A stretch of 64,000 nt of DNA. Source: a virus (Duplodnaviria; Caudoviricetes). The notes under the pieces are model-generated. The model saw only the letters and a list, made by a program, of their open reading frames with translations, did no database searches and had not been told where the DNA came from. The DNA is taken from IMG/VR virus record IMGVR_UViG_3300029288_000109, positions 1 through 64,000 of that record; one strand, given 5' to 3'. The position numbers were made by a program, and so were the translations under genes. This document shows positions 40,955 through 51,184 of this stretch, one piece after another. Numbering within the stretch: position 1 is the first letter of the stretch; each line of letters opens with the position of its first letter.

Positions 40955-42217
40955 ATGAAAATCGGAATAGAAATGGAATTTAATCGTGTAGTAGACAAAT
41001 CATCTGAATGTCAAATCTATACATGTGATAATTGCGGAGAAATAATTTATTCCAAAGAAAAAGACATATTATGCAAATGCGGAAATAAGATAGAAAAAAC
41101 AAAATGCATCCACCATTGTGCAACGTGTAAAACAAAAGAAAGAACTCCACAAATCATTAAAGAGTGCCATTCCTGTGTAGATTATCTGCCTTGTAAAAAA
41201 CAAGTATTTAATAAAAACCTTTGTATGTTATGCAAAAATTGTGTTACAAAATGTAACAAATATGAAAATACATGGGAATTTATGGAAAAATATCCACTAT
41301 GTGGATTTATAGGAAATGCAACATGTAAAATATGTGATTTCAATTCTGAAAAATATTGTTCTTATTGTAATCACATATGTACATCATGCGCAGTAATGTG
41401 TTCAAAAATATCATGTCCACCATGTAAGCTATTTGGCAAATGCGACAAATCTGATAACGATTATGATATAATAATAAATTCTTCTAAAAAACAAAAAGGC
41501 ATAATGAATGTAGTAAGATGTGGATACGAACATACTAATCAAAATACAGACCTTATCTTAAAAAGTGATGAGTCATGTGGACTTGAGCTTGTTACTCCGC
41601 CAATGGAACTAAGCAATATAGATAAAATAGAAACGTTTCTTGAAAAAATTAAAATTAGGGGATTACACATAGATAGGGCATGTGGTTTGCATGTTCATTT
41701 TTCAAGAGACAATTTCACTTTGTTTGAAACAGCAAAAGTTATTGGATACTATTATCTTATTCAAAATATATTATTTAAAATGATGCCAGAAACAAGAAAG
41801 AGTAATCAATACTGTTCAAAAATAAATGTTGATAAAATGAAAAATCTATTTTGCGCAAATATAAAATCAAACGATAAACTAACTTCAAATAATATACTCT
41901 CTTTTATACATGATATAAGTTGTTCTCATTACACGTTTATGAACCTTTCTCAACATCATGCAACATTTGAGCTAAGGATACACGAAGGAACAATGCAATT
42001 TGAAAAGATTAAACAATGGGTAATTTTTAATTATTTTCTTATAAATGCATTTAGAAACATAAGTAATGATGAGTTCGGAAAAAATATGGATACAAGCTCA
42101 ATGAAATTGAAAGATTTAATTAACATAATTGAACAAGCACCAGTTATTAAAAATATTAAAAAGAAAGATATAATAAAATATATATATAAAAGAATAATAG
42201 AAAATGGGAGCGTATAA
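40955..42217 (+). CDS. amidoligase (Amidoligase_2-like COOH-NH2 ligase) with large Cys-rich insert
   Basis: IGIEMEF, DESCGLELVTPP, CGLHVHF, TFELRIHEGT motifs. Confidence 0.85.
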   Translation: MKIGIEMEFNRVVDKSSECQIYTCDNCGEIIYSKEKDILCKCGNKIEKTKCIHHCATCKTKERTPQIIKECHSCVDYLPCKKQVFNKNLCMLCKNCVTKCNKYENTWEFMEKYPLCGFIGNATCKICDFNSEKYCSYCNHICTSCAVMCSKISCPPCKLFGKCDKSDNDYDIIINSSKKQKGIMNVVRCGYEHTNQNTDLILKSDESCGLELVTPPMELSNIDKIETFLEKIKIRGLHIDRACGLHVHFSRDNFTLFETAKVIGYYYLIQNILFKMMPETRKSNQYCSKINVDKMKNLFCANIKSNDKLTSNNILSFIHDISCSHYTFMNLSQHHATFELRIHEGTMQFEKIKQWVIFNYFLINAFRNISNDEFGKNMDTSSMKLKDLINIIEQAPVIKNIKKKDIIKYIYKRIIENGSV

Positions 42218-43083
42218 TGATTGCTATAATAGCAAATAAATTTGGAAGAATTACATGTAAAAGACTTTCTGAACAAAGCGATATAAAACTTATAAAAACA
42301 CATGTATTAACAAAACAGTTCAGAACACAAGATTTTACAAATGTAACTGGTGTTATACGGTTTGGAACAATAAAAACCCTACCAGGAAGTTTTGCTGAAG
42401 TAAATAATATATCAGCAATATCAAAAGCTATAGATAAAATAAAAACCAGAACCATTCTCCAAGAACATGAGATAAGAACACCAAAAACGTGGCAAGTGTC
42501 AGAAGTAGAAGATATAAATAGTTTGCCACTTCCGCTTATAGCACAACCGCGATTTCATTTTGGTGGAAATGGTCTTGAATTTATTGATACAATAGAATCT
42601 ATAAATAACTATATTAATAACCACGATTGTTCTAATTCGTATTTTAGTGAATATATTAACAAAAAACGAGAATTAAGAGTATTCGTAACACACGGAATGT
42701 GTCTTACTGTATTTGAAAAAATACCACCAGAAAATACTAATTGTACTGTATGGAACAGGCATATATCAAATTGCAAATTTGTACCAATAAGACAAAACGA
42801 ATGGCCAAAATTTACAGTTAAAAAATGTATAAAAGCTGTTGAAGTGCTTGGATTAGATTTTGGAGCAGTAGATGTAATGATAGGAAGAGAAAATACACCT
42901 AAATATTATATCTTAGAAATAAATACAAGTCCAGGACTAACTGGAACTTATAGCCAAACAAAAATGGCTAGTTATTTCAAATGGCTTAAAAATTATTTTA
43001 ATGAACATAATTCATTTCCTCCACACAAAAATACAGAAATGGCAGAACGAATTTCAGATATTGTTTTTAAGGAAAACACATGA
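42217..43083 (+). CDS. ATP-grasp peptide ligase (RimK-like)
   Basis: IRTPKT, SEYINKKRELRVFV, LGLDFGAVDV, ILEINTSPGL. Confidence 0.88.
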   Translation: MIAIIANKFGRITCKRLSEQSDIKLIKTHVLTKQFRTQDFTNVTGVIRFGTIKTLPGSFAEVNNISAISKAIDKIKTRTILQEHEIRTPKTWQVSEVEDINSLPLPLIAQPRFHFGGNGLEFIDTIESINNYINNHDCSNSYFSEYINKKRELRVFVTHGMCLTVFEKIPPENTNCTVWNRHISNCKFVPIRQNEWPKFTVKKCIKAVEVLGLDFGAVDVMIGRENTPKYYILEINTSPGLTGTYSQTKMASYFKWLKNYFNEHNSFPPHKNTEMAERISDIVFKENT

Positions 43084-43799
43084 GTATACAAAGTTCAACA
43101 ACAAATACTGCACAATACGATATAGAATATGAAGATGTCTTAGCTGCTGCAAGATGGGCAGCAATAGTATCTGGACAAAAAAATTCTGTTTTTGTTATTG
43201 GAACAGGTGCTATGGATGCCATCTTCAGGAAGAACACTGATAATAAATTTAAGATAAAAAACGCAGAATCAGAAATTTTGTTTATATCAGAAATAATTTA
43301 TCCTTTATTTAATAACCTTCTACGTTTGATAAAGGATAAAAAAACAAACGATCCAGAAATTTTATACTATATTGATAAATCACCAAATGTTGGAGAAATT
43401 AAACAAATACCACACAATGTTAAAGATAGAAAAACAATTACTAAGTTCATCTATGAAGAAACTAAAAAATATTTTGTTTCAATGAATATAGATAATCCGT
43501 TGACATCAAGATTCATCTCAGCAATACCATCAACACAGATAGATGTAAACGAGTTATGGGAACCAGATGAGATATCAACCTTCTGGTCAGACAAAAGTGG
43601 ATGCGAAAATGAAGACGTAGCAGCATTTATACTTATGATATCTTCTATTAATCGCGAGTTTAAAACTAAATTTGTATATGAAAAAAAAGAACTTGAAAAA
43701 ATAATAAAGTTATGTGAACAAAGCTCGTTTAAAAAATACAATTCAAAAATAGAAGAAATAATTAAAAATCTAACAGGAGACAAAATAGAAAATGTGTAA
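43080..43799 (+). CDS. hypothetical protein in the ligase cluster
   Basis: Overlap-coupled on both sides. Confidence 0.6.
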   Translation: MSIQSSTTNTAQYDIEYEDVLAAARWAAIVSGQKNSVFVIGTGAMDAIFRKNTDNKFKIKNAESEILFISEIIYPLFNNLLRLIKDKKTNDPEILYYIDKSPNVGEIKQIPHNVKDRKTITKFIYEETKKYFVSMNIDNPLTSRFISAIPSTQIDVNELWEPDEISTFWSDKSGCENEDVAAFILMISSINREFKTKFVYEKKELEKIIKLCEQSSFKKYNSKIEEIIKNLTGDKIENV

Positions 43800-44988
43800 A
43801 ATTTCTGCATTTACTGTACATGATACAAAAAGCATAACAATTAAGAAACAACAACAAACACTGGCGCGACTATTTCTTTTTAATTCTATTATTAAGCTAT
43901 ATAGGGAAGGTGGAAATTCACACGCAACTGGATTTTGTATAAGATATATTGAAAATAATAAAACTAAATATATTTCATATAAAGCACCTATAGATGGTGA
44001 AGAATTTGTTCTTTTACCAATATTTGACGATATAATGAATAATAATATGGATATAAAATCCATAATAGTACATGCAAGACTAGCAACAACTGGTTCAAAT
44101 AGCATTAATGACAATAATCATCCTGTTACAGATATAAATAACCAAGTGTTTCTTGTTCATAATGGAGTTGTTTCAAATCATACGGAACTATTTAACAAAC
44201 TCGAAATAAAAAGACGAGCAAGTGTTGATTCTGAAATACTCCCAAACTTAATGGCATTAAAAGACTACCATAATGATACAACTATATTTGCAATGCCTGT
44301 AGGATGGATAATAGCTGCTGCATTGGATAGGCGCTTTAAAGACGAATTAGTTATTATAAATAATGTTGATCAAAGTGGATATTTTGTTATTAATGATGAA
44401 AAATTACTAGTAACAATGATGTCAACAAAAAGCGCATTTACTAGCTTAAAAACTATAATAGAAAATACAAATATAAAATTTGAAGGATTAAATATCATAG
44501 TATTACCACGCGCCACAACAATTATAAAATTAAATGGAGAAATAAAAACAATAGATATAAAAAAAGAAACAAAAAATGAATTGACTAAATCATCAACTGT
44601 TCCAAAAGTTAAATATGATAAAAAAGGTATTTATTCTGTATTATTTCGTATGCATAATTATGTTTTTGATAAAAACAACGCCGCCCCACCAGTAGATGAA
44701 AAATTTACTGTAATAGATACCATAGTCGCTGGAATGTTAAAAGGCGATATGTTTGAAGAATTTTATAAAAAATATTCAACAACTGGAATAGTAACTGGAT
44801 GGCTTTCAAATTATATACATGTTTTTTCAGGAGTTGAAAGAACACATATTGATGTTCACGCTCCATTTTTATATTCTATTGAAAAAGTAGCTGAAGAAGT
44901 ATTTGGAAGTCAGGTAGAAAAAACTAACGATATAATGAATACTGAATTTAAAGAAAAATGCGAACAATTTGTAAAGGATAACAAATGA
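43792..44988 (+). CDS. class II (Ntn) glutamine amidotransferase
   Basis: Cys2, HARLATTG, NNHP, VHNGVV, VDSE. Confidence 0.88.
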   Translation: MCKISAFTVHDTKSITIKKQQQTLARLFLFNSIIKLYREGGNSHATGFCIRYIENNKTKYISYKAPIDGEEFVLLPIFDDIMNNNMDIKSIIVHARLATTGSNSINDNNHPVTDINNQVFLVHNGVVSNHTELFNKLEIKRRASVDSEILPNLMALKDYHNDTTIFAMPVGWIIAAALDRRFKDELVIINNVDQSGYFVINDEKLLVTMMSTKSAFTSLKTIIENTNIKFEGLNIIVLPRATTIIKLNGEIKTIDIKKETKNELTKSSTVPKVKYDKKGIYSVLFRMHNYVFDKNNAAPPVDEKFTVIDTIVAGMLKGDMFEEFYKKYSTTGIVTGWLSNYIHVFSGVERTHIDVHAPFLYSIEKVAEEVFGSQVEKTNDIMNTEFKEKCEQFVKDNK

Positions 44989-45446
44989 CAGCAATAATGG
45001 TAAACGAATTAAAAGAAGAAAATAAAGAATTATATGATTTTACATTAAGTACAGTATTACAAAAATATATTCCAATACATAAATCAAATATTACAGATAC
45101 AAAAATAATTAAAAAGAAAGTTAATAAAATAATTCGATGGATGTTTGAAAATAAGGAAATTAACGCTTCTGGAAATCATCTTTTGATAAGACATGAAATA
45201 CCATTTATAACAATAAATGAACTAGATCAATTTTTAAAAGGAAAGAAAACAGATAGTATAAGAAATGGTTCATTTAGTACAAAAAATAATACAATTACAA
45301 TTGATATGTTTCTTATAAAAAATTCTTTCTTGTTCATTGCTGCCGTATGTAATGAATATATAGCGGCATTATATTTGTATGGATTATATGGTGAAATCAA
45401 TTTCAATCATCCGATTGAAATAATATTAACGGAGGAAACAGAATGA
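44985..45446 (+). CDS. hypothetical protein in the ligase cluster
   Basis: ATGA overlaps on both sides. Confidence 0.6.
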   Translation: MTAIMVNELKEENKELYDFTLSTVLQKYIPIHKSNITDTKIIKKKVNKIIRWMFENKEINASGNHLLIRHEIPFITINELDQFLKGKKTDSIRNGSFSTKNNTITIDMFLIKNSFLFIAAVCNEYIAALYLYGLYGEINFNHPIEIILTEETE

Positions 45447-46636
45447 ATTCTGGCGATATAAAAAGCTTTCTTCAGAAACTAAAAAGAGGAAACGAAACAG
45501 AAAAAGTGTTTCGTATATGGAAAAACGAAAATACAGAAGAAACAAATACGACAACTACTAAGTATGAAAATTTGCTTAAAAATATTAAAGCAACTACAAT
45601 TAGTATAATAATGTTATTTGAAGCGGATAATTCCTCTCACAAATGCGATAATTGTAAAGAAGATTGTAATCACATATATGATTGCAAAAATATTAATATA
45701 TTAGAATGCACAAAAAAGACATGCATTATAAAAGACGAAAAAAACATATGTTCTCCACCGTCTTGTTCAAAAGTAAAATTTAATACTACTGTATGTAAAA
45801 AATGCGAGGACAAAGTTGTTGATTGTGTAAGATGTTTTTTAGAAAATAAAAATGTAGAAACGATTTTCAAACCATATGTTGATGAAACATGTGACAAACC
45901 ATTTAAAACAGCAGCAAAAGGTCCTTCTGGACTTCTTTTGATTGAAACAAATCCAATAAAAGTGGATATACAAATTATTCATAAAATAGATGGAATTATT
46001 AATCTTATTACAACAAAGTTTCCTCTTAAACAAGTAGGAGAAACTAGGATAGCATTTAATCTTAGTAAAGATTTTGATGAAAATATAATTAATAATACAA
46101 TAGTAATACTGAATATGCTTATTCCATCATTAAATTTAGCTATTAAAAACGAAAAAAATAATGCAAATATTAAAAGAAGCAATATCAATATACAAAGGCC
46201 ATCAACTGAAACAGAATTTTGTGGAATAAACACCGACACTTTCTTAACGCAAAATATTACTTACACAGACAATAAATTAAACATACCTATTTATGGAATA
46301 AATATCAATGGTTCAGAACTATATATAATCAAAAAAATAATAATGGAGATATTGACAATAGCAACATACATTGCAAAAGAAAATAGAATATTAAACATCC
46401 TAAGTAATAATATGATTAATGAAATGATATCTATATGGTCATTGTCACAAATGAGTACAAAAAATATGCATAAAAATATAAGTTCAAAGATAAATAGGGA
46501 ACAAGTTGCCTTAAATAACATATTTAGTGGATTTTTACCAGATTATTTAACAAAACTTATTTTAAAAGAATTTAAACATCCTGATGGCGTAAAAGAAGAA
46601 ATTAAAAATATTTATAACAAAGGTGAATGTTCATAA
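45443..46636 (+). CDS. probable degenerate amidoligase paralogue with Cys-rich insert
   Basis: Same layout as 40955 and 47675 (ISIIMLF, Cys tract, LIETNPI, GETRIAF) but GxExE and HxH residues are missing. Confidence 0.5.
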   Translation: MNSGDIKSFLQKLKRGNETEKVFRIWKNENTEETNTTTTKYENLLKNIKATTISIIMLFEADNSSHKCDNCKEDCNHIYDCKNINILECTKKTCIIKDEKNICSPPSCSKVKFNTTVCKKCEDKVVDCVRCFLENKNVETIFKPYVDETCDKPFKTAAKGPSGLLLIETNPIKVDIQIIHKIDGIINLITTKFPLKQVGETRIAFNLSKDFDENIINNTIVILNMLIPSLNLAIKNEKNNANIKRSNINIQRPSTETEFCGINTDTFLTQNITYTDNKLNIPIYGININGSELYIIKKIIMEILTIATYIAKENRILNILSNNMINEMISIWSLSQMSTKNMHKNISSKINREQVALNNIFSGFLPDYLTKLILKEFKHPDGVKEEIKNIYNKGECS

Positions 46637-47700
46637 TGTGTGGAATTCTTGGACTTACATTTCTTGACGATTCTCATAAAGTTAAAGAAAACAATAATCT
46701 TATAAAATTGCTTATGGCTTGTTTTGAAATAGGAATGAGAGAAACAGCAATCCGTGGTTATGATGCGGCTGGAGTAGCATATATAACTGGACATGAAAAT
46801 TCATTTAAAACAAATATTTTTAAAAGCAAAAAGAACGCATGGAAAGCTACTATATCTGAAGAGTGGATTGAGACTATACAATCAATGAGAAAAAATTCTG
46901 ACGCTAAAGATGTGCATATGCATTGGATTGGTCATTGTCGTAAAATGACAGAGGGTAAAACAGATAATAATGAAAATAATCACCCCCTTGAAATTGACAA
47001 TAGGCTTATCATGGTGCATAATGGGTCTGTTAAAGATTTTAAAGAAATTATAAAGAAAGATACATCAAATTTTATAAAAAACACTATGCCTGGTGAAGTT
47101 GATTCAGGTGTGTTCGGAACGCTTGCTCTAAAATATCTAAAAGATAACAAAACAGACCTTCAAAATGGAATAAAGGAAGCTTTTGAAAACAAAGACCTGT
47201 ATATTCCATTAGAAGGCGCAGTAGTAATTCTAGATAAACTTGATGCTAACAAAATATTTATGATAAGGACATATGATAGACCGCTATATGTATCAAGCAT
47301 AAGCCAAATAAATGCTATAATTTATGCATCTCAATCAGAGTTTATTTATAATTTTATTTATAATGTTTGTGGTCTTGCAAATGTATTTAATGCAGACCCA
47401 GGATTAATGAACTATTCATTGCCACAAGAATTGTTAACTGATAAAATCTTTAAAATAGATAGGAATGAACATATGTCAAAAAAGGTCTTTTCGTTTATAG
47501 ATACAAAAATAAGAAAAAGTTTTTGGAATGAATATGTTTATTCATCTACTTCGTTATATGATGGAGAAAAAGTATACAACGGATCGGAATATTACTGGGA
47601 AAAAAATAAAAACAAGGTAATTAATGCAACAATAGTAGTTCCAGAAGAAAATATATTCATGCAAATGGCGGAGGATGAAAATGAAGTTGGAATTCACTAA
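46636..47700 (+). CDS. second class II glutamine amidotransferase
   Basis: MCGILG start at 46636 (TAATG overlap), RGYDAAG, GHCRKMT, NNHP, VHNG, VDS. Confidence 0.9.
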   Translation: MCGILGLTFLDDSHKVKENNNLIKLLMACFEIGMRETAIRGYDAAGVAYITGHENSFKTNIFKSKKNAWKATISEEWIETIQSMRKNSDAKDVHMHWIGHCRKMTEGKTDNNENNHPLEIDNRLIMVHNGSVKDFKEIIKKDTSNFIKNTMPGEVDSGVFGTLALKYLKDNKTDLQNGIKEAFENKDLYIPLEGAVVILDKLDANKIFMIRTYDRPLYVSSISQINAIIYASQSEFIYNFIYNVCGLANVFNADPGLMNYSLPQELLTDKIFKIDRNEHMSKKVFSFIDTKIRKSFWNEYVYSSTSLYDGEKVYNGSEYYWEKNKNKVINATIVVPEENIFMQMAEDENEVGIH

Positions 47701-49270
47701 ACATAATATATATAATACAATATCTGTAGAAGAATCAATAATGTGGAATAAAATACTTAAAGATTATTTGCAGATAGGAATTGAAATAGAACTTTCAAGT
47801 AAAGACGCTGGTAAAAAAATAAAAAATAACTGTACGGTAAATAATATTTGTGATAAACAATGCAAAAGATTCCCATGTGAGCTAATATGCGAATCACAAA
47901 GTATTGGAAATGAATGTAGTATAGAAAATCCATATAGTTGTGTAAGATTTTACGAAAGAGAATGTGACATAATATTAACCGAACAAGATAATTCTATTGC
48001 TATAAACAAAAGATGCCAAACATGCAGCAGGAGAATACCAATACAATGTCACGAATGCAGATTCCCTAAATCAGTTGCAAGAAAATATGTTCAAAAATAC
48101 TGTTCAAATTGTAATAATTTTGAATCAAGATGTTTTGATTGTGATTCTGGAGGAAATATTTTAAGAAATATGTTTGCTGACAATGGTATTGTTCAGTCTT
48201 ATTCTCCAATAAGAGTTAATAAAAGCGGAGTAAATGTTATAAAACATGATCATTCAATTGCTCCATATGGAACAGAAATAACAAGTTCTGGACTTCCATG
48301 TAATGATGTAACAATAATGAATTATATATATGAAATAAATAAGGCAGCTATAAACTGTGGATTTAAATCAGACCCGTCATGTGGGATACACTTTCATTTC
48401 CTGCTTCCGTATCAACCAATGAGAGATCCATATGCACAAAGAGAAAATATAATAGAACCATTCCCATCAATAATAATGATGAATATAATAAATTTATTTA
48501 GAATATGGTCTCCAAATCTTATATGGCTTTCAATGAATGGAAACGATATAAACGCTCTAACAAGATATTCTATATTCAGACAAAGCATATTTCATTTTGC
48601 TCCATCTAAAAATACTATTGATAATATTATTTCAAAAGCAATACATTCGTATGGAAAATATGGATTTCTTAATATAAATAATTCTACATTTATAAAAAAT
48701 GAAAACGGAAACAACATACTTAAAACTTTTCATATTGAATGTAGATTTATAGACTCAATGATGATTCCAACTGCAATATATGCATATTCTGTTATATGTT
48801 ATGCAATAATCTTAAAAGCAATAAAAGATTCTATATATGGAGTAAGAAGCACAGATAAAAAAGGAGTAACACGTATTGCGGAACTATTTAATAAACTTTG
48901 TAATAGAGGACTTGAAGATAGAGAGAGCAACACGTCAAATTTAACAAGAGAAGATATGAATGAAATACACGATAATACCGAAGAAATGTTGAATGAGCTT
49001 AAAAACGAGATTTGCTTTATAAGTGAACCAGCTTATAAAATTCTATGTGATTTAAATAATGAACCAATCCCATTTAGAAAAATCAGTGGAGAAACAGAGG
49101 AAACAATAGAAAAGAAATTATGGAATGAAAATATTAAAAATACATTTTTAGATAATACATATTCAGAAGAAATAATTAAAAGACTATATAATAACGAAAC
49201 AACAATAGAACGAATATTAAAACAAAATGATGGTAAAAAAATTCTCGAAAAAATAGGAATAGCAAGTTAA
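47675..49270 (+). CDS. second amidoligase with Cys-rich insert
   Basis: IGIEIEL, HDHS...TEITS, SCGIHFHF, HIECRF. Confidence 0.8.
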   Translation: MKMKLEFTKHNIYNTISVEESIMWNKILKDYLQIGIEIELSSKDAGKKIKNNCTVNNICDKQCKRFPCELICESQSIGNECSIENPYSCVRFYERECDIILTEQDNSIAINKRCQTCSRRIPIQCHECRFPKSVARKYVQKYCSNCNNFESRCFDCDSGGNILRNMFADNGIVQSYSPIRVNKSGVNVIKHDHSIAPYGTEITSSGLPCNDVTIMNYIYEINKAAINCGFKSDPSCGIHFHFLLPYQPMRDPYAQRENIIEPFPSIIMMNIINLFRIWSPNLIWLSMNGNDINALTRYSIFRQSIFHFAPSKNTIDNIISKAIHSYGKYGFLNINNSTFIKNENGNNILKTFHIECRFIDSMMIPTAIYAYSVICYAIILKAIKDSIYGVRSTDKKGVTRIAELFNKLCNRGLEDRESNTSNLTREDMNEIHDNTEEMLNELKNEICFISEPAYKILCDLNNEPIPFRKISGETEETIEKKLWNENIKNTFLDNTYSEEIIKRLYNNETTIERILKQNDGKKILEKIGIAS

Positions 49271-49423
49271 AGGAGAGAAAAATGGAAGTTCTGGTTGGTG
49301 GAAAAACTACTGCTGCTACAACAACTACATATGTAACAAAAACAGATAAAGAAAAAGAAGATGAATTTATAAAATTTCTAATTTATCCTCTATTAAAAAA
49401 GAAACCAAAACAAGAGGTTAAAA

Positions 49424-50107
49424 ATGATAACATTGTATGATATATTAAGATATAGAAAAGATCCAGATGGATATACAGAATTAAGAAAAGTAATAGTTAA
49501 TAACTTTAAAAAAAGAATAGTTGATTGGGGAAATAAATATAAGAAAACACTACAATCAACAAAAAGTGACCTTAATACACAAGACGTAGACGACTTGTTT
49601 CAAATTGCTGAAATTGGAATAGATAGGTGCATAAAGCGCACAAGAACAAACCCATTTAATGAAAAAGAGTTTTTTGCATTCACATCAAAAACTATAGAAA
49701 GAGATATTAGGCGATTTATAAATAATTATTATAAAATAGATTCATACGGAACTGATTGTGGTTCAATAGGACAAAGTACGTATTCTGAAAATACAACTAT
49801 GTTATCATCAAGTGGTTACAAATCTACATTCTTTAACTCTTTATCTATCGTTGATACATTACCAACAACATCATCTTTAGAAGAAACATATTCTCCAGAA
49901 GAAATTGTAACAAATAGCATGTTTTTTACAAAGAAAACATGCGAAGAAAAAATGCAAAAATTGAAATTAACAAAACGTGAAGTAGAGTTTGTTAAGTATC
50001 TACTGAATGGAAAAACAAAGAAACAGTGTGCAATAGAAATGGGGGTAAGTAATAAATGCATTGATTATTTTGAGCTCAATATTAAAAGAAAAATTGGAAG
50101 ACAATAG
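49424..50107 (+). CDS. sigma70-family sigma factor
   Basis: Region-2-like DDLFQIAEIG...FFAF...I and region-4 HTH LTKRE...G.T..QCA.EMGVS. Confidence 0.8.
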   Translation: MITLYDILRYRKDPDGYTELRKVIVNNFKKRIVDWGNKYKKTLQSTKSDLNTQDVDDLFQIAEIGIDRCIKRTRTNPFNEKEFFAFTSKTIERDIRRFINNYYKIDSYGTDCGSIGQSTYSENTTMLSSSGYKSTFFNSLSIVDTLPTTSSLEETYSPEEIVTNSMFFTKKTCEEKMQKLKLTKREVEFVKYLLNGKTKKQCAIEMGVSNKCIDYFELNIKRKIGRQ

Positions 50108-50138
50108 TAAAAAACAACATTATTATGCTACTATTATA
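50105..50138 (+). promoter_or_regulatory. putative phage promoter TAGTAAAA-N14-GYTACTATTATA (copy 2)
   Basis: Matches 12860-12893 in both boxes and in spacing. Confidence 0.6.
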
Positions 50139-50151
50139 TTAAGGAGGAACT

Positions 50152-51144
50152 ATGGATGAAACAATAATACTACCATCAGGAGTAAAAGAAATTGGAGGTT
50201 TTAACGATTATGTTGGACAGGAGGAAATAAAAAATAGTTTAAAAATAGCAATCAGTAGTGCACAAAAATTAGGTCAGAACTTGCCAAACATAATGTTGCA
50301 CGGATCGGCTGGACTTGGTAAGACGCAGATGGCCGATGTGATAGCAAAAGAAGCTGGACGTAAACTTTGTACCGTGATAGGAGGAACAATAGGTAAAAGC
50401 GACGAGATGTTTGGAATAATTTACGCCGCTCTTAAAGAAAAAAGAATAACAAACATCATTCCTATAGTATATATTGATGAAATACACAGGCTTCCAAAGA
50501 AAGTTGAGGAGTTTTTGTACCCCGTTTTACAAGACAATATTGTTCAAATAACTTCAGATGATGGATACCTTACAAAAAGAATAGAATCTGTTCCTCTTGG
50601 TGAAATCTCTTTCATAGGGGCTACAACGCTCCTTGGAGACCTCTCAAGGCCATTAAGGGACAGATTCAGATGTTCATTTCAATTACAACCTTATTCAGTT
50701 GTTGAAATGATAAAGATAGTAAAAATCCACTTTAGCTTGAACAAGTTTGCTTGTACTGCTGAAGCGATAGAATCAATTGCAAGGAGGGCAAGAAGCACTG
50801 GTCGTGTAGCGGTTAACCTTGTAAAAGATTGTATTGATGATGCAGTAGTAAGTAATCAGGATATTGTAACAACAAAGGTTGTAGAATCAACATTTGCTCG
50901 TCTTGGGATAGATGAGGATGGATTAACAAGGGGGGATGTGATAGTCCTAAAAGCACTTAGCAAAACAAGACGACCAGTTGGTATTGACTGTTTATCAGCA
51001 GCAACAGGTATTGAAACAATAACTATAACAGAAACTATAGAACCATTTCTTCTACAGCAGGAATTAATAAGTAGAACGCCTCGTGGTAGGGTAGTCACGT
51101 TCAAGGGCATGGAAAAGGCAGGCGTAAACCCGTTTGCCGAGTAA
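50152..51144 (+). CDS. ruvB: Holliday junction branch-migration ATPase
   Basis: DYVGQ, GSAGLGKT, IDEIHRL, GATT..G.LS.PLRDRF, IEPFLLQ..LI.RTPRGR. Confidence 0.93.
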   Translation: MDETIILPSGVKEIGGFNDYVGQEEIKNSLKIAISSAQKLGQNLPNIMLHGSAGLGKTQMADVIAKEAGRKLCTVIGGTIGKSDEMFGIIYAALKEKRITNIIPIVYIDEIHRLPKKVEEFLYPVLQDNIVQITSDDGYLTKRIESVPLGEISFIGATTLLGDLSRPLRDRFRCSFQLQPYSVVEMIKIVKIHFSLNKFACTAEAIESIARRARSTGRVAVNLVKDCIDDAVVSNQDIVTTKVVESTFARLGIDEDGLTRGDVIVLKALSKTRRPVGIDCLSAATGIETITITETIEPFLLQQELISRTPRGRVVTFKGMEKAGVNPFAE

Positions 51145-51184
51145 TTCCTCCCAAATAACGTATAATAATAAAGGGGAGCAAATA

